Below, one piece after another: positions 33,599 through 64,000 of a DNA stretch of 64,000 nucleotides. The DNA is from Chrysomallon squamiferum (lineage: Eukaryota; Animalia; Mollusca), in NCBI GenBank assembly GCA_012295275.1, contig CM022671.1, forward strand, positions 5,518,001-5,582,000, given 5' to 3'. The notes beneath the pieces are model-generated. The model was not told the DNA's origin. It saw nothing but the letters and a program-made list of their open reading frames with translations, and searched no databases. A program made the translations under genes and the position numbers. Each line of letters begins with the position of its first letter. Within the stretch, counting starts at the first letter, position 1.

Positions 33599-34889
33599 CA
33601 TAATAATAATAATAATAATAAATTTCAATTCTTAACATTAACCAGTTTACGTGCTAGTGGCCATTTATTTGGGACTGATATAAACGTAAATAACGAAAAA
33701 ATAACTAAACAGTCTAAAATAGTGTTGTATACTTATATACGATTATTTTATTTTTTTTGTTTTTTTAAAAATTTTTTAAAGTTTAAATTTAATAATAATA
33801 AGCAATTAGATAAATGTAATTTTCAATTATGTTAACGGTAATTCTAATTTTATTTGAGTCCACAGAACTGAAGGAATTATATAATAAATAGTCCATCGCG
33901 GTTATACCCTTCTACAGTACTGCCACCTAGTAACTATTGTAACATAGAAACACGATAACAAACTAAAATGGATAAATCTATGAAATTCAACAAAATATTT
34001 TTTAGTTTCTTGATTTTACATGAATATTTTACATAAGGTAAAAACTGCATATTATCGACGAAAGCACTCTCATGTATACATATATATATAAAAAACAACA
34101 TCAACAACAACAACGACAATACCAACAAAACTCTATTTATAAACTTTTATCTACATGTACCTTAGGATCTAAATGTTATCATCGATGATCTTGAGTCGAA
34201 GGTTGTTTTTCTTTCCTAATGAATTAGGAAATAAATATTGCATTATGAATTTTAGCATGATGTTTGATATTCTGTATTTAATTTAATCGTAATGATACGT
34301 TACCACGTTACGTGGCAAAACTAGCTATATTATCATGATAACTGTGCTCTGTGAGATTTTACTATGCTACAGTTACCATCTCACAGTTACCAAATACGTG
34401 AGACTCCGCGTTAGAAATGATGGCTTCTCACAATTCTTTCTGTTTTCTGATATAACAGCCCAAGGCTATGCTATCTCATTGTTTAATAATAAAAGTATCT
34501 TTCTCACTGGATTAAATAAACCAACCCGTTCTATACCTTTCTTTATCCTTAATTACATATCTTGATGTCTTAAATAATATATTTTCATTTAACTGTTTCT
34601 GAACCTTTGGTGACATTTTGTAAACATTTGTCTCACTGTTTGCATCCTCCTCAGATTAGTTATGTCACTTATTATCGTTATTACTCATAACAACAAACTG
34701 TTCTGAGGTGTGACGTAATCGATGTTCTATCTCATACCATCCAAATCACGTGACATTTATTTATGTTTTATCTCACTTCTTCCGGTGGCGTAAAACAAAA
34801 TCCCTCCCAGATTCACTTTTAACAATAAAATTAAATCCTTGTCTTCCTGTTAAAGTTTATTGGAATATCTGTCATTTCATCCTTTAAAA

Positions 34890-35280
34890 TCCTGAGAGAT
34901 GAGTTTACAGCTCACCATGTCTCATATCCTGGAAAACATCTTAAAACAAGCTGATACGAGAGTTTACCATCTCACATGTATCTCACAATCCTGCGATGGT
35001 ATTTAACAACCGTTACAAAGGTTTATGGTGCCACTCATGAACTCATACCATCTAATTTCAATTTGTTATCGTATTATAAATGTACCATATCTCACAATCC
35101 TGCAGAGATCTCACGATGTACATTTTCAAGAATTGCCATCTCACTTTGAAATCCTATCCTGCGATATCTTACGACAGAATGTTACAAGTTTACTGTCTCA
35201 CGTTTGTCACAATCCTGTGATGATATTTTAAAACAAAAATGGTAATTTACCGTCTCACAATCCTGCGTTGATATATCACA
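34890..35280. repeat. Decayed tandem repeat with TCTCACAATCCTG core
   Basis: CATCTCACAATCCTG variants recur about 6 times. Confidence 0.6.
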
Positions 35281-37212
35281 ACAAAGTACAACATAGTTAT
35301 TTATGTACAGAATAATAATCACAAGTAGATGGACAGAAATATGTAATTATCAGTAATTTAGGTAATAACCAGTATAAACTCTAACCATTTAACATCAGAG
35401 CACGACATGCTATTCCCAGTATAATGAAACATACAGTTATGAGTGCAAATAATTATAATATTCATCACGTTACGACATCAGTGACGTCATAATATTACAT
35501 CACGAAATACTATCACATACTTGCTGAATCAGTGTTAAACATTTAATTAGTAATACAGATAACAGATCACATATAAGTGAACTTAATGTTTAATAAACCT
35601 AGTAATTTACCTGTACTGGGTACTTTATAAATATCTAAAGTATGAGTATCCTTTTACTTCATTTTAATTTTGGTCAATTTTTGTGTGTGCGTCTGTTTAT
35701 AGGTATGAGCGCATATGTGTGTGTGTATGTTTATGTGTTCACAAACGTGATGAATATGTGTGAAGTTGTGGTAGACATCATATATTAATTCAGAACTATT
35801 TTGTACACAATCAAACACACAAACGGTATTACATTAGTGTTACTGAAACAAAAAAACAGTAACTTTGCAAATGATGTCAAAAACCAAATTACATAATAAC
35901 TAAACGAAGTCAACATGAACCATGTCGTTTGCTCTTTCATAAATAAATATCTAAACAATGACTAATTCATTTAAGAGGTTTTTAGGTAGTAATGTACGAT
36001 AAAAAAAAAAATAAAACAGACTTTGCTATAATAACCTGGAGAGGAGCATTTAAATGTATGTGTATGTGTGTATGTGTGTGTGTGTATGTGTGTGTGTGTG
36101 TGTGTTTTGTGTGTGTGTTTCTTTATGTTGTTTCTGTCTACTGATAGACTGAAACAAAGCAATACTGAACATATTTTCTTAACTGTAACATTAAGTATTA
36201 TTGCTTTGTGTGATATAAAAATTATTTTTTCTTTTGTTTTTCACTATCTTGATGTTAACTATTTTAACCACTCTTATTAGACATATAATTAATGTCTCTA
36301 TACCACAACAGATTATTACAGTATTCAGTCTGTAAAACACAGCTATTGATAAACTAATACAAATTAAAATAAAAACCAAAACGCTGTATTAAAATAGTGA
36401 TTATACAGAAATAGGTAACGATGATTCATTTACAAATTAATACATTAATATATAACAAAATACTAATAACACAAACATAATCATACACCATTAACTAATA
36501 TACAAATATATAACATAATAACCCAAAACTAATTAATGGATACTGGTATACAGGTGGGTTATATTAATATCAGTTACAAATTCATAGATATACAGGTACA
36601 CCACATTACTAGCCATATACTCCTAATGCTAATGACATATCGAAGTAATATATATATATATACAAGTATTATGCCAGTTATAAAGATACAAATATATCTA
36701 GATCTGGCCACGGTCCAGACAGAAGTATTTTAACTATTTTATTTATCATCTATAAATGTGGACTGGAGTGCTCTTTGCAAGAACACCTTAGCTCACTGGT
36801 AGTTGAAATTCTGACCCGTTTCAATCAAAGGAACTTAAAGTTATCTTGATGGTATATTGCGATGTTTAGTTATTCAGGAAATTAAAAAGATATAATCTAT
36901 AAAATAATATTAAATGAATTATGATTGAGAAAGAAGTTACTGTGTTTTAAAATGGGACAGATGTTAATATATGAAGACTACTGTTGTTTTTCTCACAATA
37001 TATCCAGGCAGTATTTTTGACACAATACTACATCTATTACTAAATCATAATTTATGTGTTAAATTCGGCTTTACATGTGTATTCAGGTATAGTTTGTCCA
37101 TTAAATGGTACATTTATTATTGTTACATGTCAAATTCATTTGTACCAAAGTTAAAGATGTTAGCTAAATTATCGTGCAATTCCAAAATTCACAAAGTGGT
37201 CGTAGTAATAGC

Positions 37213-37246
<34 letters not shown>

Positions 37247-37961
37247 ATATCATCAACATCATCATCATAATCATCACAGATATCATAAATAAATAAATAA
37301 ATAAAATAAAATAAAATAAAATAAAAAGGGGAAATAAACACAAAGTTTTAGGCGGAGAACAGTGTCAAAATATCTTTTTTATATTTGTATTTAGCATTAA
37401 AAAGTTTTGAGAATATTTGTACAAGAAATATTACTACGTGGACACAGCAGATCGACGGGTAAATTAGTGAAAATTAATCAATATTAGCAAGAGTCATAAC
37501 TGGATATTGTTTTCTATGCAGCATTCGAGTCTGTCTATGTTTATAATTATCAGAAGCTTTGGTCCAAGATAGGTTCAGTTATCATTATAAAGCAAAATGA
37601 ATTATTTTAAATAATTGTTGTTTATCTGAACGAGCCAAGGTGTTCTGGTCAATTGTTTTTAACTAAGGCACTTGACCACACTAAAATATATAAACTATAT
37701 ACAAACATCTCTATACACGCTTTTTTTTTTTTTTTTTTTTTTTTTTTTTCCAATAATGTCAGTCCAATGCCTTGCATAACTAATGTACTGTATTCAAATG
37801 GTGGTCACGTTTGTAAAACAAATCTACTCTAGACTAAAATAAAACTAGGTCACTCCTTCTTATCGCTTCGCACTCGCTCCGTGACGTCACAGTCCACCGC
37901 CAGGACAACCACTGAAAAATGGCTGACGACAAGGGAGGTAATTCTGGCTACAGCTGCCTTC

Positions 37962-61957
<23,996 letters not shown>

Positions 61958-62284
61958 CGCGTCGTCACTGCTCGCTGTATCGAGCTGTGTAACTGCGAGG
62001 AGGGCCTCGAGAACACAGCGATACAAAGTGAATCTCGGCTCTGCTCAGACAATATCGCAGTTCACTGGGGCATGTCTGTCAGTGGCTTTGCGACAATGCC
62101 GCCTCGCGGAGCCTGGAAGGAAACGGCGATATTCAGAAGAGTCTTCCAGCGAGACGCTGAACTCAAAACCTTCAGGTCGTTCCTGTCGCTCGCTGTAATT
62201 GTCACATCTCCACATTAATTGGTTCACTAACGATTGGTTGAGAAAACTCTCCGTAGGACAATAGTTAAAAAAAAAAAAACTACT

Positions 62285-62840
62285 GTACATGTATTTGGAA
62301 TACTCTCCATACGACAGTAATGTAAACAGTTAAAAAGTAAAATATAGTATATGTATTTAAAATACTCTCCATACGACAGTAATGTAAACAGTTAAAAAGT
62401 AAAATATTGTACATGTATTTGAATACTTTCCATCTGACAATAATGTAAACAGTTAAAATATAAAAAACACTTTATGTCCCTGTATATATTCTTAATATCT
62501 CAACAACATTAAGTAGAATGTTTTATCTGTATTTAAAATACTCTCCATACAAATTGTAAACAGATAACAACTAAAATATTGTTTGTGTATACGGAAGAAT
62601 CTTCATATGACAATAGTTAAAAAGAAAAATATTGTATGTCTCTTTAAAATATTCTTCATATCCTCAAACATCAATTTAATGCATTTAAATAGTCTTCATA
62701 TAAAAAGTAAAATATTGTACATGTTTCTAAAACACTCTCCATAGGACAGTAATGAAATCAATTATTAACTAAAATATTGTATATATATTTAAAATACTCT
62801 CTATGCTACCGTAATGCCAGCAGTTAAAACAATTAAATAT
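62285..62840. repeat. ~62-bp minisatellite upstream of the DAT first coding exon
   Basis: AATACTCTCCATACGACAGTAATGTAAACAGTTAAAAAGTAAAATATTGTACATGTATTT repeated about 8 times with decay. Confidence 0.8.
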
Positions 62841-63153
62841 TGTATATATTTTGGGGGGGGGGTTAAACTCCTAATACTATATGTGTTGTATGTATATTAG
62901 AGACAGAGTCAAACAGACAGAGGACAAACGATCCATTAGTCCACCCATTTGAAAACAAATTCGTAAGAACAAATAGGACAATTTATGAAAATTCATCTGT
63001 TCCTAATTATTTCTTTTCGTGCACTATTTGCTTATCAGATTCTTCGATTTATTTACCCACCCATTCATATTTCACGATGCCAGATTAATAATCCATAATT
63101 AACCCTTACAACAAATCAAAATTACTGGTTTCTTTGATGGACAAGAAAAAAAA

Positions 63154-63189
<36 letters not shown>

Positions 63190-64000
63190 GAACAATCAAG
63201 AAGATTTCCTTGTAAATATCTAGGATTTCTTAAGAGGCAGAGGGAAATAGTGTGATGAAATGACTATATGTACATATATAGTGAGTATATATATCTATAT
63301 ATATTTAATAAAATAAAACAAACGCTCGATAACGGAAAAAGACACGACTGACATGCGCACGCCGGGTACAACAGACCCGAGTCTGAAATCGCGCTCGCGA
63401 CTTTTGGTCAGTGTATCGTGCGCTCTGACTTAAACCTGTCGATACTCTCCCCCAGTGTACGCCGATAGATTAACGCCGCGCTGTGGTGCACAAATCGAAG
63501 GCTACATTGTGTTCAACAATTGTACCTAATTGTAAAACAGTGTAGCTGAAGCACCCCGTGAACCGTACGCCACGTCACAATATTTACCGACAGTGTTTTC
63601 CAAACAACCGATCGAGATTTCGCCAAAGCTCTCGGCCAGAAATGAGCAAAGCCTGTCGGAGAAAGCCAGGTAAAAAGAAAACTGGCTGCAGATCGATTCC
63701 TCCAAGTCCTGTTTCTATTCTTCTTATTCACCTTTCATCCCACAATAAGTTCAAACCTGCATTTAAGTTCAATAAATTGTCGATCTGTCTCTCTCTTTTT
63801 TTTTTTTTTTTTTAGTGTAATGTATATTGTTATTATTATTATTATTTATTATTATTATCATTATTATTATTTATTTCACATATATAGATGCACAGATAGA
63901 TACAGACACATACACATATTACTATATCCATATACATTCATAGTTACATAATTACATACTTATATTCTTACACATACGTATATGCATAGATGCATACATA

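Overview
AT-rich, microsatellite-saturated animal genomic DNA. It is probably a mollusc or other lophotrochozoan (inference from gene families and repeats, not a database result). Nearly all ORFs in the supplied track are simple-repeat artefacts. Splicing exons by hand on the minus strand gives three co-oriented intron-containing genes. (1) A secreted alpha-carbonic anhydrase (10 coding exons, 15374->4506, about 587 aa) with all catalytic motifs intact and an unusual ~270-aa cationic N/Q/R/P-rich N-terminal extension. (2) A secreted two-VWA-domain protein (7 exons, 31126->25830, about 427 aa): a canonical MIDAS VWA, a linker of three duplicated 42-45 nt Gln-rich microexons, and a degenerate VWA. 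(3) An invertebrate-type SLC6 dopamine transporter (15 coding exons, 61957->37962, about 668 aa) with an apparent 1-nt frameshift in one exon and a splice acceptor preceded by poly(A). Also present: a hAT-type MITE with 8-bp target-site duplication, a hairpin element abutting a DAT acceptor, a dispersed microsatellite-flanked repeat family, several minisatellites and a CpG-depletion boundary near 3.6 kb. No prokaryote-type system, CRISPR array, rRNA or intact tRNA was seen. The best novelty candidates are the carbonic anhydrase and VWA architectures, possibly biomineral/adhesive matrix proteins.
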